A stretch of DNA of 64,000 nucleotides from Lysobacterales bacterium (GCA_022844165.1 JALHMH010000021.1:16646-80645), one strand, 5' to 3'. Shown: positions 19,203-30,050, counted from the stretch's first letter. A program made the numbers and translations. The notes: generated from the letters alone by a model not told the origin.

Positions 19203-21242
19203 ATGCCAAGTTATGCCACGAAGGACATTCGCAACGTCGCCTTAACTGGCCATGCCGGTGCCGGCAAAACCACATTGTTCGAGGCGTTGTTGCTCGCCGG
19301 CGGCACGATCAATGCGGCCGGCAGCATCGAGCGTGGCAGCACGGTTTCCGATTACGACCCGATGGAGAAAGCCCGCCAGCATTCGCTGAACACGGCAATT
19401 GCGTCGATTGATCACGGCGGGATTCATGTCAATTTGATCGATACCCCCGGTTACCCGGACTTTCGCGGACCTACGCTCTCGGCACTGGCAGCTGTAGAAA
19501 CTTGTGCGGTCGTCGTCAACGCAGCGCATGGAATCGAGTTCTCGACGGTACGTTTGATGGAGTACGCCAAAGCGCGGCGTTTGTGTCGGTTGTTGATCGT
19601 CAACAAGATGGACGTCGACGAGACCGAGCTGGAACTGCTCGTTGAGCAGTTGCGCGACAGCTTCGGCAACGAATGTCTGCCGATCAACCTGCCTGCCAAA
19701 GGTCGTGCGAGTGTGGTCGATTGTTTTTTCAAGCCCAGCGGCGAATCCGACTTTGGCAACGTGACCGACGCACATCAGCGGATCATCGATCAAGTGGTCG
19801 AGATCAACGAAGATGTCATGGGCCATTATCTCGAAGAGGGTGAAGCGGGTTTGTCCGGGCAAGAGTTGCACGATGCTTTCGAGCAGTGTTTGCGTGAGGG
19901 CCACCTGGTGCCGATTTGTTTCGTATCGGCGCGCACCGGTGCTGGCGTCAAAGAGCTCTTGGACCTGTTCGAAAAGCTGATGCCGAACCCGAGCGAAGCG
20001 AATCCGCCGCTTTTCGTGCAAGGCGAAGAGTCCTTTCGCACCGAGCCGGATCCGAAAAAACACGTCGTCGCCGATGTCTTCAAGATCATCAACGATCCTT
20101 TCGTCGGCAAACTCAGTGTCTTTCGGCTCTATCAAGGCACCGTACGTAAGGACACACAACTTTTCGTCGACGATGGCAAGAAACCGTTCAAAGTTGGGCA
20201 CTTGTTCAAGATCAAAGGCAAGGAACACAGCGAAATCGACGAAGCCGTGCCCGGCGATATAGCAGGGGTTGCGAAGGTCGAGGAAATTCACTTTGATGCG
20301 GTGCTGCACGATAGCCACGATGAAGATCGGATCCACCTGAAACCAATCGACTTTCCGCAACCCATGTTCGGCCTGGCCATCGAGCCAGCCACGCGTGGCC
20401 AGGAGCAGAAGCTATCGAACGCGCTGCACAAGCTGCACGAGGAAGATCCCTGTTTTCGCATCGAGCACCACAAGGAACTGAACGAAACCGTGATTCGCGG
20501 ATTAGGCGAATTGCATTTGCGCGTGATGCTCGAACGCATGAGGGATCGCTACGGCGTTGAGGTGACCACGCGCCCACCACGCATTGCTTATCGCGAGACG
20601 ATTTCAGCCAATGCGGATGGCCATCATCGGCACAAGAAACAAACCGGTGGAGCTGGCCAGTTCGGTGAGGTGTTCCTGCGTGTCGAACCGCTGCCGCGTG
20701 GAACCGGTTTCGAGTTCGTGGATGAAGTCAAAGGCGGCACGATTCCGGGGCAGTTTTTACCGGCGATTGAAAAAGGCGTGCGCCAGGTTCTGGAAACCGG
20801 TGCTGTGGCCGGCTACGCGATCCACGACGTACGCGTCATCGTCTATGACGGCAAGCATCATCCGGTCGATTCCAAGGAAGTGGCATTCGTCAGCGCCGGC
20901 AAACGTGCATTTCTCGACGCACTGAGCAGAGCGCGTCCGCTGGTGCTTGAGCCGATCGTGAATCTCGATGTCACGGTACCGTCCGATCATATGGGCGATG
21001 TCACCGGCGGCCTGGCCACCAAACGAGCGCGTATCAACGGCACCGACTCCGCACGTGGCGGCGAGCTGATTGTCAAAGCGCAAGTGCCGCTCGCCGAAAT
21101 CAGCGAATATAGCAATGAACTCAAAGCCATGACCGGGGGCCGCGGCCGTTACTCCTTGGAGTTGAGTCATTTCGAGGCCGTGCCGGGCAGTGTGCAAAAG
21201 CAGCTGATGGAGGCGTACAAGCCCAAGCACGAGGAGGAATAG
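19203..21242 (+). CDS. fusA: Elongation factor G-like paralogue (EF-G2 type)
   Basis: G1 GHAGAGKTT, G3 DTPGYPDF, G4 NKMD, GLGELHL, PRIAYRETI, KKQTGGAGQFGEV, LEPI. Not in an rpsL-rpsG-tuf context; RGITI is replaced by RQHSL. Confidence 0.88.
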   Translation: MPSYATKDIRNVALTGHAGAGKTTLFEALLLAGGTINAAGSIERGSTVSDYDPMEKARQHSLNTAIASIDHGGIHVNLIDTPGYPDFRGPTLSALAAVETCAVVVNAAHGIEFSTVRLMEYAKARRLCRLLIVNKMDVDETELELLVEQLRDSFGNECLPINLPAKGRASVVDCFFKPSGESDFGNVTDAHQRIIDQVVEINEDVMGHYLEEGEAGLSGQELHDAFEQCLREGHLVPICFVSARTGAGVKELLDLFEKLMPNPSEANPPLFVQGEESFRTEPDPKKHVVADVFKIINDPFVGKLSVFRLYQGTVRKDTQLFVDDGKKPFKVGHLFKIKGKEHSEIDEAVPGDIAGVAKVEEIHFDAVLHDSHDEDRIHLKPIDFPQPMFGLAIEPATRGQEQKLSNALHKLHEEDPCFRIEHHKELNETVIRGLGELHLRVMLERMRDRYGVEVTTRPPRIAYRETISANADGHHRHKKQTGGAGQFGEVFLRVEPLPRGTGFEFVDEVKGGTIPGQFLPAIEKGVRQVLETGAVAGYAIHDVRVIVYDGKHHPVDSKEVAFVSAGKRAFLDALSRARPLVLEPIVNLDVTVPSDHMGDVTGGLATKRARINGTDSARGGELIVKAQVPLAEISEYSNELKAMTGGRGRYSLELSHFEAVPGSVQKQLMEAYKPKHEEE

Positions 21243-21314
21243 CGGCATCGCCGGGATCGCGGCGTTGTGACGCGCATTGCGAAGTCATGGTGCCCCGGAT
21301 GATACGATTACCGA

Positions 21315-22661
21315 ATGCGCATTCTGTTCTTTGGCTTGGGAATCATGGCAACTGGCGTATCGCACAGCGATACGCTGACGGTGGTCGACATTCGCTCATT
21401 GGACCAGGACAGCGTCGCGAAGCTGATCGAAAGCAGCGGCGCGGAGTTCAGCGCCGAGATGGGCTCACAGCTGGTACTTGGCGGCACAACGCAGCACTCC
21501 GCGTCCGCGTTCAAAGATTTGCCCTCCCGCGAGGTCGAAAATGTTCGCATCGATCAGTTGCTGCTGCACAAGCGCGGCTGTGGTGGGGTCGAGTCGAAGA
21601 TAGTGGGGCGCGTCATCGCCGCCGATGGCAATCAAGCACTCATTGAAGCACCGATGCGTTTTGTGCCCTATGCACCGCCTGGCGGGGAGTTTCTCCGCCT
21701 GCAGGCGCACAATGTGCTGCTGCGCGATCTGTCGAGCGATGTTCGCAAAGCAGCGAAATCCGATGCGGTCGTGCAGTCTGCCGTTGATAGCGTCGATACC
21801 AGCCGCTGGTTCTCGCGTCTTTCAACGCTCGCCAGCTTCGATCGTTCGACCTTCAACGATACCGACAGCAACGCCGCGCGCGATTGGCTCGCGGGGCAAT
21901 TCACCGCCATGGGCTATACGGTCGCGACGCCAAGTTTTTCGGTCGTTTTCAACCCGTACAACGTCGTTCGGCAAAACGTAACCGCGACTCGAATTGGCAA
22001 CACGTTTCCCGATCAGTGGATTGTCGTCGTGGGTCACTACGATTCGCGCAATCGGAACATTCTGAGTACATCGCCCGCACCTGGTGCCGAAGACAATGCG
22101 TCTGGTTGTGCAGGTGTTGTCGAATTGGCTGACGTCATGTCGAGCCGCTCTTTGGCACGGAGCGTGTTGTTTGCCTGCGTGTCGGGTGAAGAACAAGGAC
22201 TGATCGGCGGCGACGCTTTGGCGCAGTCGATGGTGCTCGACGGCCGGCTGGACGATACGCGTCTGGTGATCAATCAGGACATGATCGGCTTTTCCATCGA
22301 CAACGATTTCGACGTGGTCATTGAAACCGAGCCCGAGTTCGAAGGCATTCTGGCTCAGTTCGCGACCGCAGCCGCGACTTACGCACCAGGCCTGCGAGTC
22401 GTGCAGGATCTGCTGCCCTGTTGCTCGGACCACATGCCGTTTCTGGCACGCGGCGCGCCGGCCATGCTCAGTATCCAGGGCGACTTTTCTGAGTACGGCA
22501 CGCACTATCACAATACCAGCGACATACCGTCCAACATCACCAATGCCCAGGCCCTCGGCGGACGCATATTGCGGATGAACGCCGCGGTGCTGGCGCAGCA
22601 CGTATTGGACCGCTTACCGGGCGACACATTGCTGTCTAGTGGCTTTGAAGCCGGCGAATAA
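21315..22661 (+). CDS. Secreted M28-family zinc aminopeptidase
   Basis: Signal peptide; metal-ligand motifs VGHYDS, PGAEDNASG, GEEQGLIG, NQDMIG, SDHMPF, YHNTSD. Confidence 0.9.
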   Translation: MRILFFGLGIMATGVSHSDTLTVVDIRSLDQDSVAKLIESSGAEFSAEMGSQLVLGGTTQHSASAFKDLPSREVENVRIDQLLLHKRGCGGVESKIVGRVIAADGNQALIEAPMRFVPYAPPGGEFLRLQAHNVLLRDLSSDVRKAAKSDAVVQSAVDSVDTSRWFSRLSTLASFDRSTFNDTDSNAARDWLAGQFTAMGYTVATPSFSVVFNPYNVVRQNVTATRIGNTFPDQWIVVVGHYDSRNRNILSTSPAPGAEDNASGCAGVVELADVMSSRSLARSVLFACVSGEEQGLIGGDALAQSMVLDGRLDDTRLVINQDMIGFSIDNDFDVVIETEPEFEGILAQFATAAATYAPGLRVVQDLLPCCSDHMPFLARGAPAMLSIQGDFSEYGTHYHNTSDIPSNITNAQALGGRILRMNAAVLAQHVLDRLPGDTLLSSGFEAGE

Positions 22662-22691
22662 CGTGTGTTGCGACCGGGTGAGTCCTCGTCG

Positions 22692-23339
22692 TCATTCCAC
22701 TTCCATCTGCCGCAACATACGCTCGATCTGCGACAGTCCCCAAGCCGGGCGATTCGGCGCCGCCTGTTCGGCCTTAATCAGTGGTAGCGCTCGTTGCAAC
22801 AAGTCGCGAGCTTCCTTTTTGTCGCCGCCCCACATCTCTGGGGTATTGAACAAACGGTTGGCAGCCAGAAACAGCACCCGCGGATTCTCTGGCGCCAGCC
22901 TCATGGCATTGTCCAACAGTCTGGCGGACTCCGGACCCAGCGAGCGCCCCTTGGCGGGATTGATCGCAATTGAGAGCCCATAGCAGCCAGCCAATAGCGC
23001 ATCCGCCTCGGCTTTCATAGTTGCATCAGTACTCACGCTCGCTAAGGATTGTGCGCAAGCTACGATATGGCCGGCGGCACGATCCTTATCTTGCAGTTGC
23101 AAACTTGCTGCCAAATAGCTGGCATAGGCAGCCTGGTAACAACTGTCGCCATTGGGCGAGGCTTTGCAAGTCGCCAGCCAATTGGCGGCGACCTGCGCTA
23201 CACGCTCAGGTTCACCGGCTATTTCGCCTAGCTGTCGATCACGCACCTCGGCAGCAATTTGCGTTGTTCCAGACTCGGTCTGCGCATTGGCCATCGTCGC
23301 AAACCCAACCAAGACGACCGTCGCCAATTTCATAGCCAC
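22692..23339 (-). CDS. Exported TPR-like hypothetical protein
   Basis: Signal peptide ending ANA; helical repeats, PENPRV...TPEMWGGD, P-x-WG near the C-terminus. Start could be 23333. Confidence 0.65.
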   Translation of the reverse strand: MAMKLATVVLVGFATMANAQTESGTTQIAAEVRDRQLGEIAGEPERVAQVAANWLATCKASPNGDSCYQAAYASYLAASLQLQDKDRAAGHIVACAQSLASVSTDATMKAEADALLAGCYGLSIAINPAKGRSLGPESARLLDNAMRLAPENPRVLFLAANRLFNTPEMWGGDKKEARDLLQRALPLIKAEQAAPNRPAWGLSQIERMLRQMEVE

Positions 23340-23392
23340 CTCGCCACTACTTCGGGTGAAACAAGCTTAAAAGCATGTCTCGAGCAAGCGTA

Positions 23393-23430
23393 GTGACTGA
23401 AGTCAGGGTGGATAACGTGACACTTGTCAC
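23393..23430. promoter_or_regulatory. Tandem GTGAC-N4-GTCA dyads, candidate response-regulator operator
   Basis: GTGACtgaaGTCAg (23393-23406) and GTGACacttGTCAC (23417-23430), 24 bp apart, upstream of the 22692-23339 gene. Confidence 0.4.
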
Positions 23431-23443
23431 GCGTCAACATCCG

Positions 23444-24142
23444 TCAGCCGCCGACGAACAAATCCTCGGCACGCCGAAACAGGATCCACGAGGTCGCAAT
23501 GTACTTGTCGCCGCCGCGCGGACGATTGCCGCGGTGGGTGTGTGTAAATGCCGCCGGTGCGATCAGCAGCGCGCCGGTCTGCGGGTGAATCTTGCGCTGC
23601 TGAAACAGGAATTCGGTTTCGCCCTCATCGAAGCCATCGTTGAGATACAAGGTCCAGAGCAATACGCGGTGCAAAGCTTCGCACTGTTGATCGCGAGGAT
23701 ATTGCTCGCAGTGCCAGTACGGATAACCGCCGCTGTCACGGTTGTAACCCTGCACATTGATGCTGCCCGGCCGAAACGCATAGCGCACGATGTTTACAAG
23801 TTGCTCTTCATCCATGCGTTGCACATCGTCCGCCTGCAGCATCCGCTCGGTGCCGCTCACAGGGTCGCGCCAACCCAACGCCAGTGGCGATACCAGTACT
23901 TGCGGATATCGCCGCAAATAGGCACAGAAGGCGCCGATCATTGCGCCATTGAGCGCCTGCTCAATGTCGCGCCATTCGGCATGTTGGGAAATTGTGATGT
24001 CGCGGCTGTTCTTCAGAGCCGGATCGACCCCTCCGCCAACACGACCCGGCAGTTGATGAGGACTGGCAAGGAATCGCGAGATGATCGCGGCGCACATCGC
24101 GCCGGACAACGCTTCGGGATAGACCTCGATAAAGTCGGACAT
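23444..24142 (-). CDS. 2OG-Fe(II) oxygenase family protein
   Basis: GGYPYWHCE (H-x-E), LYLND-x-FDEGETEF, FTHTHRG, DKYIATSW. Start at ATG 24142. Confidence 0.85.
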   Translation of the reverse strand: MSDFIEVYPEALSGAMCAAIISRFLASPHQLPGRVGGGVDPALKNSRDITISQHAEWRDIEQALNGAMIGAFCAYLRRYPQVLVSPLALGWRDPVSGTERMLQADDVQRMDEEQLVNIVRYAFRPGSINVQGYNRDSGGYPYWHCEQYPRDQQCEALHRVLLWTLYLNDGFDEGETEFLFQQRKIHPQTGALLIAPAAFTHTHRGNRPRGGDKYIATSWILFRRAEDLFVGG

Positions 24143-24318
24143 GGCTGGCAACCAAAAGACCGCTCTGGGAGCCGATCAGCATATAGAGGTGGCAGCCGCG
24201 GCGCCAAATCGCACTGCCATCATTGGCTGAAAACAACCATTTATTGTCTTTTCAGCCAGTGCGCGTTTTGCCTGAGAGGCATTAACCTCTGCACCCATCA
24301 CGAGAAGGAAAATCTGCC

Positions 24319-24837
24319 ATGCCATTCCAATTCCCAGTCGCCTCTCCCACATCCAGTCAGAACGACTTCGACTTCCTGGTCGGTTCATGGGAAGTCAGAA
24401 ATCGCAAGCTCAGGGATCGGCTCGTCGGCTGCCAGGAGTGGGACGAGTTTTCGTCCCGACTGCAATTGCGCAAAGCCCTGCTCGGCAAAGCCAATGTCGA
24501 ACGTTATACGGCGGAGTTCGACGGCAAGCCTTTCGAGGGTATGGCAGTACGCTTGTTCGATCCACAGTCGCGGCTTTGGACGATTTATTGGCTCGACAGC
24601 AATAGCCCAAAAATGGACCCGCACCCGGTCGTCGGCTCGTTCGATGCAGGCGTAGGTAAGTTCTATGCCCGCGACAACTTGCGTGGTCAGGACATTGTTG
24701 TGATTTATCAATGGGACGCTCGCAACCCTGAGGCCCCCATTTGGTCGCAAGCCTTCTCGGCCGACGACGGCGCAAACTTCGAGTGGAACTGGATCATGAC
24801 CCTTAGTCGAGACCTTTCCGTGGTCGGTTCGGAGTGA
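24319..24837 (+). CDS. Conserved hypothetical protein (DUF1579-like beta-barrel)
   Basis: DFDFLVGSW-x-VRNRKL, WTIYW, WSQAFSADDG-x-x-FEWNWIM; AAGGA RBS upstream. Confidence 0.7.
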   Translation: MPFQFPVASPTSSQNDFDFLVGSWEVRNRKLRDRLVGCQEWDEFSSRLQLRKALLGKANVERYTAEFDGKPFEGMAVRLFDPQSRLWTIYWLDSNSPKMDPHPVVGSFDAGVGKFYARDNLRGQDIVVIYQWDARNPEAPIWSQAFSADDGANFEWNWIMTLSRDLSVVGSE

Positions 24838-25043
24838 TCAATGCGAGCGATCAACGCTCCTGACGTCACGCTCTGCCAGAACAGCGCTTCTCGCACCGCG
24901 CTGTACGACAACAAGCGGCAAGTCTTGCGCCGACCGGCGCTTCAATGCGCCTGACCAGATCGACGTGCACCCACTGACTCGCACCGCGTTCGCTGGTACC
25001 AAAACCGAATGCAGCATGAAGATCTTCGGGTACTGGCAGAAAT

Positions 25044-25478
25044 TTACTGGCTCTTGGCCTCACCAGCCCGAATTCTCGAGCCTAGTTTGACGCCTAACCA
25101 TGCCATCGGCAGATACGCCAGCAGTAAGTCCGCAGCGATAAACCAGGCGGGTGCCGGAATCATTACGCTGGCTGCGATGCCGCCCGCCAGATTAACCACC
25201 CCAACGCCCAGGCCGATACCCAGTTTGTACGAACAGGCGATGAGCGCCGCCACCAGTGCGCCGACCAGTGTGCCGAGCGCGTGTGCCAAAAACGGCGACA
25301 GAAAATGCCGTGGCTCGAACAAGTGAATGGATGTGCGCAGGCTCTCGACATCGCTAGGATCAACACCCGCTGGCGGTGGAATCAACATGGGGCCCAAGAC
25401 CACGATCACCATATTGACGACGCCACCAGCAAGCAGACCGGCCAGTACAGCGAGCAAACCGCGAGCAAAATTGGGCAT
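25044..25478 (-). CDS. Small membrane protein (about 4 TM), hypothetical
   Basis: MPNFARGLLAVLAGLLAGGVVNM...IPPPAGVD...FLAHALGTLVGA...PAWFIAADLLLAYLPMAWLG; AAGGAG RBS before ATG 25478. Confidence 0.75.
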   Translation of the reverse strand: MPNFARGLLAVLAGLLAGGVVNMVIVVLGPMLIPPPAGVDPSDVESLRTSIHLFEPRHFLSPFLAHALGTLVGALVAALIACSYKLGIGLGVGVVNLAGGIAASVMIPAPAWFIAADLLLAYLPMAWLGVKLGSRIRAGEAKSQ

Positions 25479-25511
25479 GGACAACTTCTCCTTTCGACCG
25501 AGCAGTACGAG

Positions 25512-26435
25512 ATGCAAACGATAAGCGTGGGTGGAACAGCTGGCTTGCCAAATCTTGCGAAACCCGACTACGAGTCGCGCGTTAATCGAGTGATCGACTT
25601 CGTTCTGCAGAATCTTGCAGCCCCGCTCGAACTCGACCGCCTGGCGCAAATTGCGAATTTCTCGCCTTTCCATTTCCATCGGATCTTTAAGGCACTGATG
25701 GGCGAAACGCTCTCGGATTTTGTCCGCCGCGTGCGCTTGCAGCGAGCGATTCAGATGATGTCGTTTCGACGCACGACACGACTGACCGACATCGCGCTCG
25801 CGTGCGGCTTTGCATCAAGTTCCGATTTCTCGCGAAGCTTCAAGCAGCACTATGGCGTTGCGCCGAGCGCGTTCGACCTGGCCGCACATCGCGACGCGCA
25901 TCGTGCTGGCTTTACGCCAGGAATGGCGCGCTTGCCATCGGGCCTGAATCCTGATGGATTCAAGATCAGCTTGCGCAGAGTGTCGTCGCAATTCGTCGCC
26001 TATATTCGGGTCAGCGATTGCTACTCAAACCGTGCCGGGGAGAGCCCCATTCAGCGCGTCCAACAGTGGGCCGAACAACGCGGATTCGCGCAGGGCCAAT
26101 GGCTCGGTTACATGTGGGACGACCCCGAAGTCGTACCCAGGGAACAGTGCCGCTACGATCTGGGTGTGCGAATCCCGCATCGCATTCAAGCCGAGGGGGA
26201 AATTTGCTGCATCGAATTCCCACCGATGACATTGGCCACTGTCGAGATGTATGGGGGCATCGATCTCGAACTGCGCGCCATCGACTGGTTCTACGGCACG
26301 TGGCTGCCGGCCAGCGGCTATGTGCCCGACGAACAACCCTGTTTTGAGGCTTTCGTTGGGCGGCCCTTCGCGCACGGCAACGAATACTTCGAATTACAGC
26401 TACAGTTTCCCGTGGTCAAGTGCGATATGGCATAG
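25512..26435 (+). CDS. AraC-family transcriptional regulator with C-terminal GyrI-like effector domain
   Basis: YESRVNRVIDFV, ANFSPFHFHRIFK, IALACGFASSSDFSRSFK, DDPEVVP-x-x-QCRYD, WLPASGY. Exact start uncertain. Confidence 0.9.
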   Translation: MQTISVGGTAGLPNLAKPDYESRVNRVIDFVLQNLAAPLELDRLAQIANFSPFHFHRIFKALMGETLSDFVRRVRLQRAIQMMSFRRTTRLTDIALACGFASSSDFSRSFKQHYGVAPSAFDLAAHRDAHRAGFTPGMARLPSGLNPDGFKISLRRVSSQFVAYIRVSDCYSNRAGESPIQRVQQWAEQRGFAQGQWLGYMWDDPEVVPREQCRYDLGVRIPHRIQAEGEICCIEFPPMTLATVEMYGGIDLELRAIDWFYGTWLPASGYVPDEQPCFEAFVGRPFAHGNEYFELQLQFPVVKCDMA

Positions 26436-26445
26436 ATCATGTCGA

Positions 26446-27456
26446 TCACCCCTCTTGCTCAATGAGCCTTCGAATAGGTTGAGGCAGACCGAGAGCGAGC
26501 GCCTCATCACGCGCGAACCAGCGTAGCCCACCTTCGGCAACGGCCGTTGATGCATCAGCCACTCGCCAGACATGCATGTCGAGACTGAAATGCGTGAACT
26601 CATGGCGTACCATGGTATCGGCGCACCGCTTGGGTGCATCGAGCCCGTTTGCGGCGCAGATTTCGGCAATCGTCTCGCCGTCTGGAAACGCGAACAGTCC
26701 GCCCCAGATGCCCTGGGCGGGCCGCTGAATGAGTGCGAGCCGCTGCTGATCATCGTGGAGCCAAAGGAATGCGCGAGAGCGCAGCGGCCGCTCGCGCCGA
26801 GTTCGCGGCATTGGGTACTGCGCGACCATGCCGCTTGCGTATGCAGAACAGTGTTCTTGTACTGGACACTCGACGCACTTCGGCGCTCCGCGCGTACAGA
26901 TCGTCGCGCCAAGGTCCATGATCGCCTGCGTGTAATCGGCAAGGCGGTTGTTGGGCAAAAGCGCCTCCGACAAAGCCCAAAGGCGCGCCTCGTTTTGCGG
27001 CGAACGCGTATCGCCTTCGATGCAGTGCAACCGCGCCAATACGCGACGCACATTGCCATCCAGAATCGGGAATCGCTGGCCAAGCGCCTGGGCCAGGATT
27101 GCGCCCGCCGTCGACCGGCCGATCCCAGGCAACGCGAGCAGAGCATCGAAGTCCGGCGGCAGATCACCGCGGGTACGGCACAGTATCGCCGCACGATGCA
27201 GATTTCGCGCGCGACTGTAGTACCCCAAGCCAGACCACAACGCCAGCACGGTATCAAGCGGCGCATCTGCAAGCCTGGGCAGATCTGGAAATCGCGCGAT
27301 GAAGCGCTCAAAGAATGGGAAGACCGATTGCACCTGCGTTTGCTGCAACATCACTTCGCTGACCCAGACCCGATACAGCGTGCGCGACTGTTGCCATGGC
27401 AAATCGTGGCGACCGTGGCTATCGAACCAAGTCAGAAGATCCGTCGCGAAACTCAT
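26446..27456 (-). CDS. mutY: A/G-specific adenine glycosylase MutY
   Basis: GRHDLPWQ, VSEVMLQQTQV, WSGLGYYSRARNLH, HhH LPGIGRSTAGAI, LDGNVRRVLAR, Fe-S motif C-x6-C-x2-C-x5-C. Confidence 0.96.
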   Translation of the reverse strand: MSFATDLLTWFDSHGRHDLPWQQSRTLYRVWVSEVMLQQTQVQSVFPFFERFIARFPDLPRLADAPLDTVLALWSGLGYYSRARNLHRAAILCRTRGDLPPDFDALLALPGIGRSTAGAILAQALGQRFPILDGNVRRVLARLHCIEGDTRSPQNEARLWALSEALLPNNRLADYTQAIMDLGATICTRGAPKCVECPVQEHCSAYASGMVAQYPMPRTRRERPLRSRAFLWLHDDQQRLALIQRPAQGIWGGLFAFPDGETIAEICAANGLDAPKRCADTMVRHEFTHFSLDMHVWRVADASTAVAEGGLRWFARDEALALGLPQPIRRLIEQEG

Positions 27457-27524
27457 TCCACAGTTTGACCCTTTTGCTGGTGCTGAAAACAACGAAGCGG
27501 CGAACGCATCGGTATGCCCTGCCC

Positions 27525-28703
27525 TCAACCAATATCACTTGGCAACAGCGCGTCGACGAACTCGCGCGGCTGGAACTCGCGCAAATCTTCGCGCTTCTCA
27601 CCCACGCCAATGAAGCGCACCGGCAACTTCATTTCGCTGCACAGCGCGAACAGGATTCCACCCTTAGCGGTCCCATCGAGTTTGGTGACAACGATGCCGG
27701 TCAGTCCCACCGATTGGTGAAACTGGCGCGCCTGATTCAGCGCGTTCTGGCCAGTGCCACCATCGATCACGAGCAGCGTTTCGTGCGGCGCGCTTTCATC
27801 GATCTTGGACAGCACACGTTTGACCTTCGCCAGTTCCTGCATCAAGTGACCCTGCGTATGCAGCCGGCCCGCTGTGTCGGCGATCAGCACATCGATGCCG
27901 CGGCTCCTGGCCGCCTGCAAAGCGTCGAAAATCACACTTGCCGAATCGGCTCCACTGCCCTGCGAAATCACCGCCACATCGTTGCGCGCGCCCCAGGTCT
28001 TGAGCTGTTCCACTGCCGCCGCGCGAAACGTATCGCCGGCCGCCAACATCACTGACAGGCCCTGGCCCTTGTAGCGTTTGGCCAGCTTGCCGATGGTGGT
28101 CGTCTTGCCGGCACCGTTGACGCCCACAGTTAGGATCACGAACGGCTTCTTCTCGCGAGAAATCGCCAAGGTCTGTGCGTACGGCGACAGCAATCCTGTC
28201 AGCGAGACACGCAGCGCATTGAGCAGTTCGCGCGCATCGGCGAATTCACGTTTGCGCATCCGCGCGCCAAGCTCGGTCACCAGTTGCGCGCTTGCATTGA
28301 CCCCGACATCCGCTTGAATCAGCGCCATCTCGAGTTCTTCGAGCAGAGCCTCGTCGAGTTTAGGATTGCGTTTGAATAAGCTTCCGACACTGGCCGAGAG
28401 TGCTCGGGCACTCGCAGCCAGGCGTTCGCGCAGGGTCATCGGGCGCGGCACTGTTTCTTTTTCTGTGGCGCTGACCTCCACAGCTGCCGTTGGCGCGATT
28501 TCGGTTGTTGCAGCGGGCTCGGCTGGAGCGGTGAGTTGCGCAGTCGATTCCATCGGTCCTGTTGTCGATTCGCCGGTGGCGGCGTCGGTTGTCAACCACG
28601 GCGGCGACGAATCGGAAGCCTGGACCGCGGCCTCTTGCGATGGAGCGCTCCCGTCCGGATTTGCATCTGCCGCAGTCTTGTCGCGGCGGAACCACTTGAA
28701 CAT
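27525..28703 (-). CDS. ftsY: Signal recognition particle receptor FtsY
   Basis: Acidic Ala/Thr/Pro-rich N-terminus, GVNGAGKTTTIGKLA, DTFRAAA, DTAGRL, TKLDGTAKGG. Confidence 0.97.
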   Translation of the reverse strand: MFKWFRRDKTAADANPDGSAPSQEAAVQASDSSPPWLTTDAATGESTTGPMESTAQLTAPAEPAATTEIAPTAAVEVSATEKETVPRPMTLRERLAASARALSASVGSLFKRNPKLDEALLEELEMALIQADVGVNASAQLVTELGARMRKREFADARELLNALRVSLTGLLSPYAQTLAISREKKPFVILTVGVNGAGKTTTIGKLAKRYKGQGLSVMLAAGDTFRAAAVEQLKTWGARNDVAVISQGSGADSASVIFDALQAARSRGIDVLIADTAGRLHTQGHLMQELAKVKRVLSKIDESAPHETLLVIDGGTGQNALNQARQFHQSVGLTGIVVTKLDGTAKGGILFALCSEMKLPVRFIGVGEKREDLREFQPREFVDALLPSDIG

Positions 28704-28835
28704 GTCGATAGAATCGATCAGAACGAAAGTCGCGAGTCTACCCGCGAGGCACGCAACATCGCGACGCAATGCACCAACGCGTTAAGCGAGGCACTGCTGC
28801 CGGCGGATTCAAACATGGTTCGAAAGGAGAGTCGC

Positions 28836-29871
<1,036 letters not shown>

Positions 29872-30050
29872 GCGGGCGTGTCGCGTAATCCGCGGCACAC
29901 GAATCGCAAGCCGAGCCAATTTCATGCTCACACTGCCGTCATCTCGCGCCCACAACGCGTAGAACGGTCCTCGCACAGACTCCGTGGCTGATTAACTCTG
30001 CGGGTGTCCATATGGGAGCTTCAGCCGTGCGCAGCTGGAACCGTGACGCG

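Noticed and set aside
19242-20360. 372-aa antisense ORF (likewise 23375-24655, 26572-27468, 40600-41526, 49825-50799, 59152-60249)
   Set aside because: These are shadow ORFs opposite well-supported genes, expected in GC-rich DNA, with no recognisable motifs.
24866-25063. 65-aa minus-strand ORF between the DUF1579-like gene and the membrane protein gene
   Set aside because: No RBS or motif, and it overlaps the neighbouring gene end.
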